From contig CM119269.1 of NCBI GenBank assembly GCA_051294375.1, positions 1,442,537-1,506,536 on the forward strand: 64,000 nucleotides of DNA, given 5' to 3'. This document shows, one piece after another, positions 53,583-64,000 of this stretch. The notes under the pieces are model-generated. The model ran no database searches and had not been told where the DNA came from. It was given only the letters and a program-made list of their open reading frames with translations. How positions within the stretch are numbered: the first letter of the stretch is position 1; every line of letters starts with the position of its first letter. Origin of the DNA: Paraspadella gotoi (taxonomy: Eukaryota; Animalia; Chaetognatha). Position numbers and translations under genes: made by a program.

Positions 53583-55624
53583 TTGAGTTAATGTAATTCA
53601 AGAAAATTATTCGAAAAGTAATCCTAGGAAAAAAAAATTAACTCGCTTATATTTTTATAATTAACTTTACTGAATGAATAATTCTGATTTATATGGGTAA
53701 TTAATTGGAATATTCCCTTTTCTCAAAAGATGTTTCAGACACGTTCAGTCCGAAGTATGAAAAGCAATTGTCAACTTTAATTCATCGACACTTCGGAATA
53801 ATGCAAAGCTAATAATTCCAAAATTGACATCCCATCAATAAGAATATCGAATAAACTTCGACTAATAAGACCAATATATAAAACTTCAACGTAGTTTCAG
53901 TCAAATAACCGTGCTCGTTCACAAACGCTACAGAAAACACCGTCACTTAATGATATTTGTAAGAGCTTTGTCACTTTTCTGTCGTAAACAAACAATTTGC
54001 TAAGATCTCTCGTTAGTAACATCGCGGTTGAGCGATGCCAGAACAGTTAAACAGATATTTCCCCGATTGAATTTATATTGAATGTATTTTATCTTGTCAA
54101 GAAAAATATCAAAATTAATAACTTACCATTGGAAAAGACGGAAACGAGACTGAGGTAGAAAGACGTTTACTACAAATCGACCCTGCGTTTCCTCGTTAAC
54201 GTTGCTTTGAAAACAAAGCATCTGTTTTCCGTGTATAATTTAGCTGAAAAACTATATCGTGCTTTGTTTATAAATAAATAGAGACAAAGCGGATGTCATT
54301 AATATTTGGCTGTTTTTCAGAGCAGAAAAGGTTTCGACTGGGTAAAACATGTAAGAGTGGAACGATAATCGATAGATTAAACGGAAAAAAAATGTTCTAA
54401 TTTCAAAATAAAATTATTCGAAATATTTATCAAAGAGAAACGTACGATTTCGATGTAATAATATTCACTTTTTAACTTTGGTTGACGAAAATTGTTATGT
54501 CAATTACGTAAAGACGATAACGATTCTACTCATTTTCACTGTTTCGATCTAAGTTCTCTGGGCTTTTCAACTCGAGGTTTGTTGAATGCAGCTGCTAGTG
54601 CGGCGGCAGGGGCAGCCGCAGTAGCAACTTCAAAAGAGTAGAAGTTCAGCTTCACTCTCTTTAAACTCGTTGAGCTTGTTTTAGCGTTTTCTAATTGAAA
54701 ATGCAATTTATATTAAATACCAGTTGTATTTTTAATGATTCTAACAGTATAATTTAACGACGACAATGGAATAGGGCTTTAGTTAACTAGTTTTCTCTAC
54801 CTCTGAACTTTCCTAAAATTTTCTACTCTGAAAGAATCATTGTAATTGTATTGAAATATTTAATACTTTAAATTTAACTCGCACACCCCAAACTTGCGAT
54901 AATGTTTTAATTTTGATTGAATTTAGCGATTTTAAAATTAAGGATTGCTGTTCTTTTGTCTCACCCGGATAACTTCCGACAAATACTAATGTGCCCTTCT
55001 CCCTCTTGAGATTTAAATAAATAAAATATTTTGTTTTAAAAACTTGGATTATATATTAGCGAATTCTAATACAATTTGATTATCAACGATTATCAATGAG
55101 AAAAACGCTCAATGTTGTTAAACCATTTCATGAAAATTATTAACTTAAATTGGCAGTATTTTTTTCTAATATGACAACCGCAATACTAGATTTTAAATGT
55201 AATTAATACAGTTAATTTTTTATAACTAATTTTTTTTAAATGTTTAAAAAAATTAGTAAGTTTTTAACTTTCCTTTTTTTCCTTTGGCTTAGTAGGTTGC
55301 GCGATGGTTTTTGTAAAAACAAAATGAGTTACAGCGCCATAAATTAATCATTACGAAAAACAAAAGAAACTTCTGGCCTGGCTCAATTTAACCCGAGATT
55401 GATCGAAAGCGTAAATCGGGGGAGAATCCAAGCTTGCGTCATAAGTTACAGCATCCGATTCTACGCAATCAGATATATAGAATAGTAAAAGTGATTTAGA
55501 ATTAATTTAAAAAAGAGAGAAAAAAGAGATCGCATTAAATTACATGGAATCGCTCTAACCAAAAATGGTAACAATAACCGTGCCCGGTCTTTCTTTTCAT
55601 TCGATGGAGTTTCTCTTTTCCTTC

Positions 55625-55760
55625 GTTAAACAAATGCCGCTGCGCAGCGCAGCGGCTCGCCGAAGAGACGCTTCGTCTATGCTCGGGTCACGTGACTCGG
55701 CAGCTGGATAAAGTTTAGGAAGCCAAGCCAAGCTACGAATCAACTCCAAGCTTGAAACGA
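55625..55760 (+). promoter_or_regulatory. Probable promoter region of the FoxN-like gene
   Basis: GC-rich island with a 10-bp-arm inverted repeat (55636-55656), extended E-box GTCACGTGAC (55687-55696) and forkhead-type GTTAAACAAA (55625-55634), ~400 bp upstream of the ATG. Confidence 0.45.
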
Positions 55761-56099
55761 CGCTTTTAGAAACCTTTTATCCACCCTAAGTTCGACTTCG
55801 AAAAAGAAGAAAGGCCCTTCCTTTTTTTGGTTTTTGGGTGGCGAATTCGCGCGGTTAAAACTTTTAAAGTACATTACAACCTAAATTTTAATAAACACAT
55901 TCGGTCTTTTTTACTACATTTACGTAGGTTTATCTCCTTCAATTTTTTTTACAACCTATGTAACCCAAGCTTTTTTAATTAATTAACACAACGAAAATAC
56001 AGAAAAGAAAAAAAAATTTAAAATTAAAACAAAAGGCCGAAAAGATAACTCCAAAAACATTTACAAAACACCTATGTACAATTGTACAATTAAACATAA

Positions 56100-57782
56100 A
56101 TGATGGCTACATCCCCTCATGTGATCGACGAGATTTTTCGGAAGATTTACTTTTTTCTCGATCGAGAGAACGATTTGGAAAGAGTCTCTCTGAATCTCAA
56201 CCCGACCGAAGACTCGATCGTCATTCGTCTGATAAACGATCGGAGAGATGGCTCCTGCAATGCCGCGGCGCATCGGCGTCAATCGCGGACGAAGGACGCC
56301 AACTCCAAATCCGCCGCTCGCCAAGACTTCAACGGGAACGAGTGCCAAATTTTGGACGACGATGAACCCCCGCCGCCTCGCGCATTGGCAGCGACGTCTA
56401 GCGATTTCCCGACGCGGCCAACCCCTTCGCCATACTACGCGACGACGAAGTCTCCCCAACCTTCGATCGAGGTCCCTGGTCTCCTTCAAAACGAGCCGCT
56501 TCCCCCGTTACGCCGCGGCGCCTCCCCACTGACTTACGAAGACCTCCGGCTGGAGGCTGACGTGATGATGGGCCCGCCTCCTCTGAAGCGGTTGCGCGTT
56601 GGCGACCAAGACCCAGATTCACCGTCGGACGACGCCGTCATTATCCTCGACGGATCTTCTCCTTCCGAGCGACCTGTATTGGACCGTACCGCGACCCCCC
56701 TCTCGTCCGGAGCCTCTAAAACCGAGAGGCTTTTTCTTCGTAATGCTGTGCCATTTCTCCCGCTTCCGCCGAACATCAAGGCTTCTCTATACGAGGACGT
56801 CGCCTTTCGTAAGATTAAACCCAAATCGGAGCAGTCGGAAAACGCACCGGCGGCCGTGGCGACGGCTCGGGCTTCCGCGATAGAGGCTCGGACTGGGGAG
56901 TGCTCTGACGGCAGCTTTTATACGATCGTCGACAATTCTTTGACGATTACGACAGACGTACTTCCGTCTCCCATTCCGATACTCGAGAATTTCCTTGACG
57001 AAGACTGCCTCAGGAGCTATCAGCCATTGGAAAAGGTGGTGTTTGAGGGCGATGTGGCCCGGCCCCGCGGAGGTGATAGACCATTCCCGAAACCGAACTT
57101 CTCGTACGGATGCCTAATATCCGTGGCGATCCTGAACAGCCGAAACGGCACGCTTCCCGTCAATGAGATTTATCGCTTCATCGAGAAGAACTTTCCTTTC
57201 TACAAGACGGCCAGCTACGCTTGGAAGAACGCCATTCGCCACGGCCTCATCATGGGCAACTGGTTTAAGAAATTGGACAACCCTAACAATCACAAGGCTT
57301 GCCTTTGGACGCTGCATCCCACCTCCTTTGGCGCCATAGACAGGCACTTGCACAAAAGCTTGAGACAACACCGGGAAGACATCCAGGCTAGCATGGCCTA
57401 TCCGCATTTGATCAACTGCATTATTCAGGTGTTTTTTTTTATACAAAATTTGTGCGGTAAAATGTAAATTGAATTTAAATTTACGAGTACTTGTAGAAAA
57501 CAAATGAGATTTAATGCCGTATCTCCAATAATTTACCTTCCTCGCCAGGGTATCATCAAACCAACAATGATCAAGGGGCTCTACAAATTCCAAGAGGCTT
57601 TACTGGCTTACTGGGGTCGAAGCGGGAGAACACCGCAACTGGACTGGTGGCATTCGAACGCTCCTTGGTTGCCGAACCACAACGACAGCACGAGTAGACA
57701 TTCTTTCTATCGTCAGGAACCTCCGAAGATTGTGCCGAAAACCCTTTCGTTTCCCATACATGCTCATATACCCATGAATTAA
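56100..57782 (+). CDS. Divergent forkhead-box transcription factor, FoxN1/4-like, ~520 aa. Exons 56100-57428, 57549-57782
   Basis: FPKPNFSYGCLISVAILNSRNGTLPVNEIYRFIEKNFPFYKTASYAWKNAIRHGL..WFKK..KACLWTL, followed by the FoxN1/4-type extension ..IQASMAYP (canonical I.RSMANP). Phase-0 GT-AG intron. Confidence 0.88.
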
Positions 57783-58142
57783 TTTTTTTTTTTCATTTTT
57801 GAGGTAGTGTTGTCATGCGTTATGATAAAGCAGAAACAGTTTCATTAAAAAGCTTTTAATATTAGCGTTATTATTGTTTTTAATCTTTGACGTAATTTTA
57901 TGAATAACGTAGAAAAAAGTAAAGACTGGCCCTCTTTTTTTTAATTATATTAAGCTTCTTGAATTTTTTTCACTTTTTCTAATATTCTACTAGAATTTCT
58001 AGTACTTTTTTCCGAATTTTTTCAAAAGTGTTTGTTAAAGTATAAATGAAATACTTTAAATGACTATTGTTATAGTTCAATATTCAATTTAATTATGAAT
58101 ATAGTTTCATTTCTATATCCCGTTGATTTTCAATTAAAATAT

Positions 58143-58197
58143 TACAGAGTTGCTGATGAAGACTCGTACCACTAAGAGTCGAAACATGTACATTGTA
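58143..58197 (+). ncRNA. Minimal type-I hammerhead ribozyme motif (Penelope-like/retrozyme class)
   Basis: CTGATGA 58153-58159, extra A, perfect stem II GACTC/GAGTC with a 10-nt loop, GAAA 58181-58184, self-complementary ACATGT stem III, GUA cleavage triplet (after 58190), bulged stem I TACAG-agt-TG / CA-TTGTA, AATAAA immediately downstream. Confidence 0.75.
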
Positions 58198-59282
58198 CAA
58201 TAATAAAAAATAAAATTGCTATTCCAACGATTTTTCGTGTTACCTCTATACTATTTTAAATAGCAAAAAGAAAGTCAAAATACAATTAAAATATTTAAGT
58301 GTACTGTAGGAATGAAAGACTATTCTCCTCACATATAAGTTGTGAGCACTGCAGTATTATTTATCAGGTTCAATCTGTCGGCGGAAAAGTACGGTAGTCG
58401 TGCCTCCGCATAGTTTCTGACTACAAGAATTTACGAAGAAGTAGCGATGAGTCACGTCAGGAAAAGGTTACTGATCTTTCTTTCTTTCTATTTCTTTCTT
58501 TCTATTCTTTTCTTTCTGTTCCTTACTTTCTATCATTCTGTTCTTTTCTTTTTCTTTCTGTTCTACACTTTCTTTCTATTCCTTATTTTCTATTATTCTG
58601 TTCTTTTATTTTTCTTTGTTCTTCACTTTCTTCCATTCGTTAAGTTTTTGTTTAGATAAAACCCATTGAGGGTCATATTAAAGGGAAACTTAAAGTTTTA
58701 GATGATAACACAAAGAAAAGGGTTTATTTTCTAATTAAATAAACATTTTTTCGTTAAAATACATATTGTTAATGTGTTATCTCACATTTCTGAGCATTAG
58801 AAATCACGTCAAATTTGTTAACGAAACCGGAAGCGTTGGCGATGTACCACTGCGCTTTTCGCGTCCCGTCTCTTTCGTCATTTTATTTGAGATAATCGCC
58901 CCACGAGGGGTCCTCCTCCCAACCAAAAAGCCGTCGTCTTTCTCGATCCGACCTCCGCCCCTGGTTCCTCGGGTGACCGGTTTCGCGACTCGATATACTA
59001 TCAACAAATAAACAAACCCGAAGGTTACTGCAGCGTCTTATTGTCCTTGATCTACTCTTCAAAAGAGGTTAACGATAGCGTTTCAACATTTCCAACATTA
59101 TCGTAACAAGGGCACACGAGGTTTTCTGATTGGGATTTTACTTCAATGCTTTTATCCCAAACCAATCTCGTATTCATGATTATGATGTTGTAAAGTTAAA
59201 AGATAACTGCAACTTTAAGAGGAAACTTCGTATATCGTACATAATAATGAACATACAATGTAAGATCATATATATATATATA

Positions 59283-59350
<68 letters not shown>

Positions 59351-59581
59351 TTTTTCGTCAAAAAAGGTGAGTTCTTGAGTCGCGGGGTGAGTTTCAGGGC
59401 GTCGTCGCGTAATTAAACTATCGGCGAAGGCGACGACGTCGGTTCGGCGACCTTTTTTTTTTCAATGCGCTCAAGATTAGGAACCAAGAATGAAAAAATA
59501 GAAAAAAATAATATCTCATCGAAACATTAACAATGCCGATTAATTCACTATTTGTGCAAAAAAGATAAACCCCGCCCTAGG

Positions 59582-62500
59582 ATGAGGAAACCTCGGAAAG
59601 GAAAAATACTTCGCCACGTCGCGTTGGTGTGTGTTTACTTGTTTGTCTCTCAAGCTTCCGGTCAAGGTAAATAGAAAGCGTTTAAAAAAAAAACAAAACG
59701 TTGGAATAAAAAATCATAATTAATTCGATTCGTTTCATTAATGGATATAATTGGCTATTTATCGTCCATGCTCATTTTTCCAGCCAACGAGAACGATGGG
59801 GAGATTTTTGACAAACGCGCTTACTTTGGTGATTTTCCGGTTAGTTCAATTTGTCGTTGCCATTTAAAAAAGTAACAAAGTTGTTGTAAGCAAAAGTTTG
59901 TGATTTCTTTTCTCCTTCCTCTCTTTAAAAAACTAAAGGAAGCGCCTCTTTACCGCATAAACCGAGATTTCGACCAAAGGTTGCTTCTCTCACTCCCGCC
60001 TCCCCGAGACTGTTCCGTCGTCTGTGGACGGCCCCCACCCCTCGACCACACCGCCCAGTGCCTCGTCGAACGATGGAGGCCCGATTACGAGAAGCGCGCC
60101 CACTGCGAGTGCCTGCGAGGCTACAAGTGTTGCGATGGCTGCCCGCCTCCGGATCCGTTGATCTGCGAGCTGAAGACGGGAACGCATAGTGGTTACGGTA
60201 AGTTTAAATTTTTGTGAGAGAGAGACAGAGAGATAGATAGAAAGAGAAAGAAAGAGAGAGAGAGAGATCGCTTTCTCAGATAACCTTTTCACCCTTCTCC
60301 ACTAGGGTACACCTACCCGGCGAAGGAGACCGACTGCTGCGGTTGTGAAGTGTACGCTTGTCTCACCTGCCCGCCCCCCGCGCCTCCCGATCAAGTCTGC
60401 GCGTCGAGGGACCCAAGATGTCGCTCTTACGTCAAAGAGAAGACGCGCAACCTGAAGACGGGCTGTTGGGAGTCAGGCTGCGAGGCTCACCAAGGGAACG
60501 TGCCTCAGTTCGAAGTAAGTTTTCAGGGAGCAGGAAAAAGCCTGGTGACTGGTTGACACCTCTTTCTCTTCTACAATACTATGTTTTATTTTTAAGTTTT
60601 ATTTAAATCGCAAGTGCATATCAAGATAAGTACAACTATAGCAACGCAGAGAATGGATTATCAAGTGGCTTGCCTCTGATAGATTGTTCAGAGAAAAACA
60701 ATTTCATGTTCTTTTCGTTGCGTTGAAAGATATATAATTTTTCGCCCAGATTTTGATATTAAAGGGGTCAAAAGTTTGAGAGTTAATTTTCAATAAATAA
60801 AATCCGGTTCTTCACCTTCCCCCCCCCAAGGGCTGCGACGATGCTTGTCAGAAGGTGACCTTCAATAAAAATGCTTGTGGGACATCCTACCAAGAATGCG
60901 TACCCAAGAGGTCGATCGAAGCTTGCGCTTCCAGAGGATCCCACATTCCCCCCAAAGAGTAAATATTTCGATTATGATTTTTTGGGTTTTTGATGATGAT
61001 GATGATGACGATGATGATGACGATGACGATGATGATCATGACTTACTAAGCTCCCTTTCTCGTATCTTCCCAGTTTCCCCGCTTCCTGCTACCGTTCCCC
61101 CGAGCGCTTCCCCGTCCCGGGCTCAGGCCATTACTACGACCCCGTCGAGGGCCGCTGTCTCGAGTGTTTCGAACTCCGGTTCTCGAAGAAGCCCTGCCCC
61201 TTTGAGACGGCGGGGTTGGCGGGGGCGGGCCTCGCAGGCTGCGTGCGTCACGCGTCGCTCGATCTGCACAAAAGGTGTTACCAGAGCGACGTCGTCTTCG
61301 GTGAGTCTTTTGTTTTGTTTTTGTTTTTTGTTTTGTTTGGGTGAAACCAAAAAAAACAAAAAACAAGGGGATCGTCTTGAAAAAAACCTGAAGCAATAAA
61401 ATGTCATTCTGTTCGTTCGGCTGTTCTCGAATTTTATTTAGTTGTTTTTGTTAATTTTTAAATACGTTTTTAGACGAATGCGGATGCCAAAGTCATAAAT
61501 GCGTCTCGGAGCACGAAAAATGCGTCAACGTACGTGATTTATTTAAGGACGTTAGTAAAATTCTAATGTTTTAACTTTAATTAAAATTCTAAAGTGAGGA
61601 ACGAAAACATTATATTATGAACGATTTATGTATAAAAAAAATTTATAATAAATTTTATAATTTGACGCAGTAGGCCATATTTATACTAGTACTGAAACCA
61701 ATAAATGTTAAATTTGCAAAAACAATGTTTTTCTAAGAATTTTTTTCAGATTTGGATTCGTCATGAAAAAGTTGATAAAAGAAATAGATACTCTTTTTGA
61801 AAATTCCATCATTAAGTGGTCAAAAATAGAAAACTATTTTTTAAAACTGAAATTATAACTTTTTATATATTAAATTATAGTTTTTTAATTTTATACCTAC
61901 TTAATGAAAGAACTTGTTTAAAAATGAATTATCATTCTCTTTTATCAACTTTTGACGCGAGGAATTGCAAGTCTGCAATCAGAATTAAAAAAAGCCGTAT
62001 TTTGAAATTTTCCGATTTTATAGGATAAGTAATTATATATAAATATAGCCTACTGCGAAAATTAAAGAACAGTAAAATTATTTTTTTACAAAGTTAATGT
62101 TCACATGATGTATGTTGTTCATAATTGACTTTAGAATTTTGTATGTAACTGTTCAACTACGCCTTAGTGATTATAATTATTATCATTTAAATTTAATCTT
62201 CAAAGCATGTATCAAATAATTCAAATATGTTTCTTAGAAATTCTCTGACGACGACGTCTGCCGAAGAACCAACGTACGTCGATCTGGAGTTTCCATCTGC
62301 GGCAAAAATCGCGACATTTGCGTTCCTTGTCCGAAGCGATGGAACCGCCTTGCCGATTCGGCAGAAATGTGAGAGGAGACGACAGGGATGGAGATCCCAA
62401 TGAAAGAGTTGAGAGAGAGAGAGAGAGAAGAGAAGAGAGAGGAAGAGAGAGAGAGAGAGAGAGAGAGAGATGTTAGAAAGGAGGAAAAACAGATAGTGAG

Positions 62501-63786
62501 GAAGTGTGAATAAATTCGCTGTCGTCTTCGAGAAAATATAACCAAAAGCTTTACCTTCTTTTCTAATCCGGCCGTGATAAGTATAGGCGGTTAGTACTTC
62601 GCGTTGTGGCCGGCGCGACGCCAGGTTTCGACTCCTGGTCACGGCAATTTTTTTCTCGATTTCTCCTCATTAAGGTCGCCTATGCCCAGAGTTTCCCGAC
62701 CAAGACTGTCCCTCCCAACGAATTCGTTTTGGATCCCGTTTCAACGTGACATTATCTTGCAAGTCAGTCAGTCCCCGTAAGTTTCATACGTTTTTTTTTT
62801 GCAGTTGACGATTTTTTTTTTGATTTGCTTGTTAAGGTTCTTATCGTGTTTGGTTAGATTTTACATATTTTGTATTTCCGTATTCTGACCCCCTCCTCAC
62901 TCAGCCTGCCCCAACATCTGCCCATCACTGCAATCACCGCGTATGCGATTCACAGATCACACCCACGCCAACAAGTGCAAGTTCGAGGTGGCCGCGTTGC
63001 TTGGCGCAGAAGATGGGGCTCGACCTGAAGCTCGCAATTTCGGGCCTGCGAGAAGGCGGAATGGTGAAGTCGTCGCTATGAAGTACCACAACTTTTTTCT
63101 CCCCATCATTTTCCAATTCTCTCTTCCGCAGTGTGTCTCAGGTTTGCGCCTAAGGATCTCCGGCCCGTTTGCGACGATCAGGGCGTAACGCATCCTAACG
63201 AATGCCTCTTCCGAGTGGCGCAGTGCGAGTTGCACGTCAAGGGTGGCGTGATCAATCTCGCGCATCAGGGACCGTGCCGAGACAGTGAGTCAAGTCGATA
63301 TATTTATACTTTTTCAGCTTTGTTCATATTATTTAATATTTATACGCGGAGAATTTGGTACGATCTTTATCTCGCAAATTGTTGTGCCTTGTCAAATCAC
63401 TCAATTTCGTGCCCCTTCTGTTTCCAGAAATTCCCTTCTGTTTTCCCTTCTGTTTTCCCTTCTGTTTCCAGAAACGAAACCGGAATACGTGGTCATCGTT
63501 CACACGGGAGGATTCAAATCCCAAAGTCTGAAGCAACAACCACCAGGTGCAGTTCACGGTCAAATTCTCTTGACTAAGGACGGTCGGGCATAGGATCGGA
63601 CTGCTTTTAAACTTTGATTCGCCTTAGTTAGTAGTCAACCCAATTCATTTACATTCAGGCGATCCAGCGTCGGCGGGGACGGCGGCCGGCGCCACTCTGA
63701 TCATCCGCGGCGTCGTGGGAGGGAACTCGGTTGAATGCGTCATCGTCGCGCCGCCACAAAGCTTCGATCAGCCCGACGGGATTAGG
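59582..63786 (+). CDS. Secreted Cys-rich protein with two Kazal domains and the start of a PLAT/LH2-like domain, 3'-truncated by the window. Exons 59582-59666, 59784-59839, 59939-60197, 60306-60514, 60831-60958, 61074-61300, 61474-61529, ~62238-62367, ~62675-62776, ~62905-63063, 63132-63285, 63472-63582, 63659-63786
   Basis: Signal peptide MRKPRKGKILRHVALVCVYLFVSQASG. The first seven exons join in frame with DCCGC/NACG/DECGC motifs. Kazal PVCDDQGVTHPNECLFRVAQC..LAHQGPC, plus a frameshifted Kazal CPNICP..THANKCKFEVAA. PLAT-like YVVIVHTG..AGTAAGATLIIRGVVGGNS..F. Exons at 62.2-63.1 kb contain apparent frameshifts. Confidence 0.8.
61666..62057. mobile_element. MITE-like element, 392 bp, 20-bp TIRs, intronic
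   Basis: CGCAGTAGGCCATATTTATA (61666-61685) versus TATAAATATAGCCTACTGCG (62038-62057), 19/20 match, AT-rich interior. Confidence 0.7.
62571..62646 (+). tRNA. tRNA-His(GUG), intronic; about 4 extra bases (sequence errors or pseudogene)
   Basis: Acceptor stem GCCGTGA/TCACGGC plus discriminator A, D arm GTAT..GGTTA-GTAC, anticodon loop TT-GTG-GC, T arm CCAGG-TTTCGACT-CCTGG, T-run terminator at 62648-62654. Confidence 0.85.
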
Positions 63787-63937
63787 GCAAGCATATGATT
63801 AGGGCATATGATTAGGGCAAGCATATGATTGATTGAATCACTCTTTTACTGATTAACTGATTGATTCGGTTTATTTCAGTAACAATTTGACTGATTCAAT
63901 GATTATCAACTGATTAATTGATTTGTTGATTATTTTT

Positions 63938-64000
<63 letters not shown>

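Noticed and set aside
63780-63830. TTAGGG words as telomeric repeat
   Set aside because: Part of a 13-17-bp local duplication of an exon boundary, not a tandem telomere array

Overview
AT-rich, microsatellite-dense animal genomic DNA, probably an arthropod judging from the Relish-type NF-kB and arthropod-style GAS1 (inference). The assembly is a gap-filled draft with five N-gaps, and two 25-N gaps are flanked by indel-rich duplicated or inverted sequence. Six spliced protein-coding genes can be built by hand from splice sites and reading-frame continuity: (1) an orphan gene with unresolved 5' end (+, to 3748); (2) an 8-exon NF-kB p105/Relish precursor (+, 4637-9255); (3) an 8-exon orphan gene convergent with it (-, 9898-13979); (4) GAS1 (-, 41029-46237) with unusually long N- and C-terminal extensions; (5) a divergent FoxN1/4-like forkhead gene (+, 56100-57782); (6) a secreted Cys-rich/Kazal/PLAT mosaic gene that runs off the right edge (+, from 59582) and hosts an intronic tRNA-His(GUG). 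Non-coding highlights are two related minimal type-I hammerhead ribozyme motifs (23871-23915, 58143-58197), a kB-site cluster in the Relish promoter, a CAC...GTG-ended non-autonomous DNA transposon, a second MITE, DINE/HINE-like elements, a dispersed ~280-bp repeat family, several minisatellites and an ~810-bp palindrome that may be an assembly artefact. All gene models are manual; no database searches were run.
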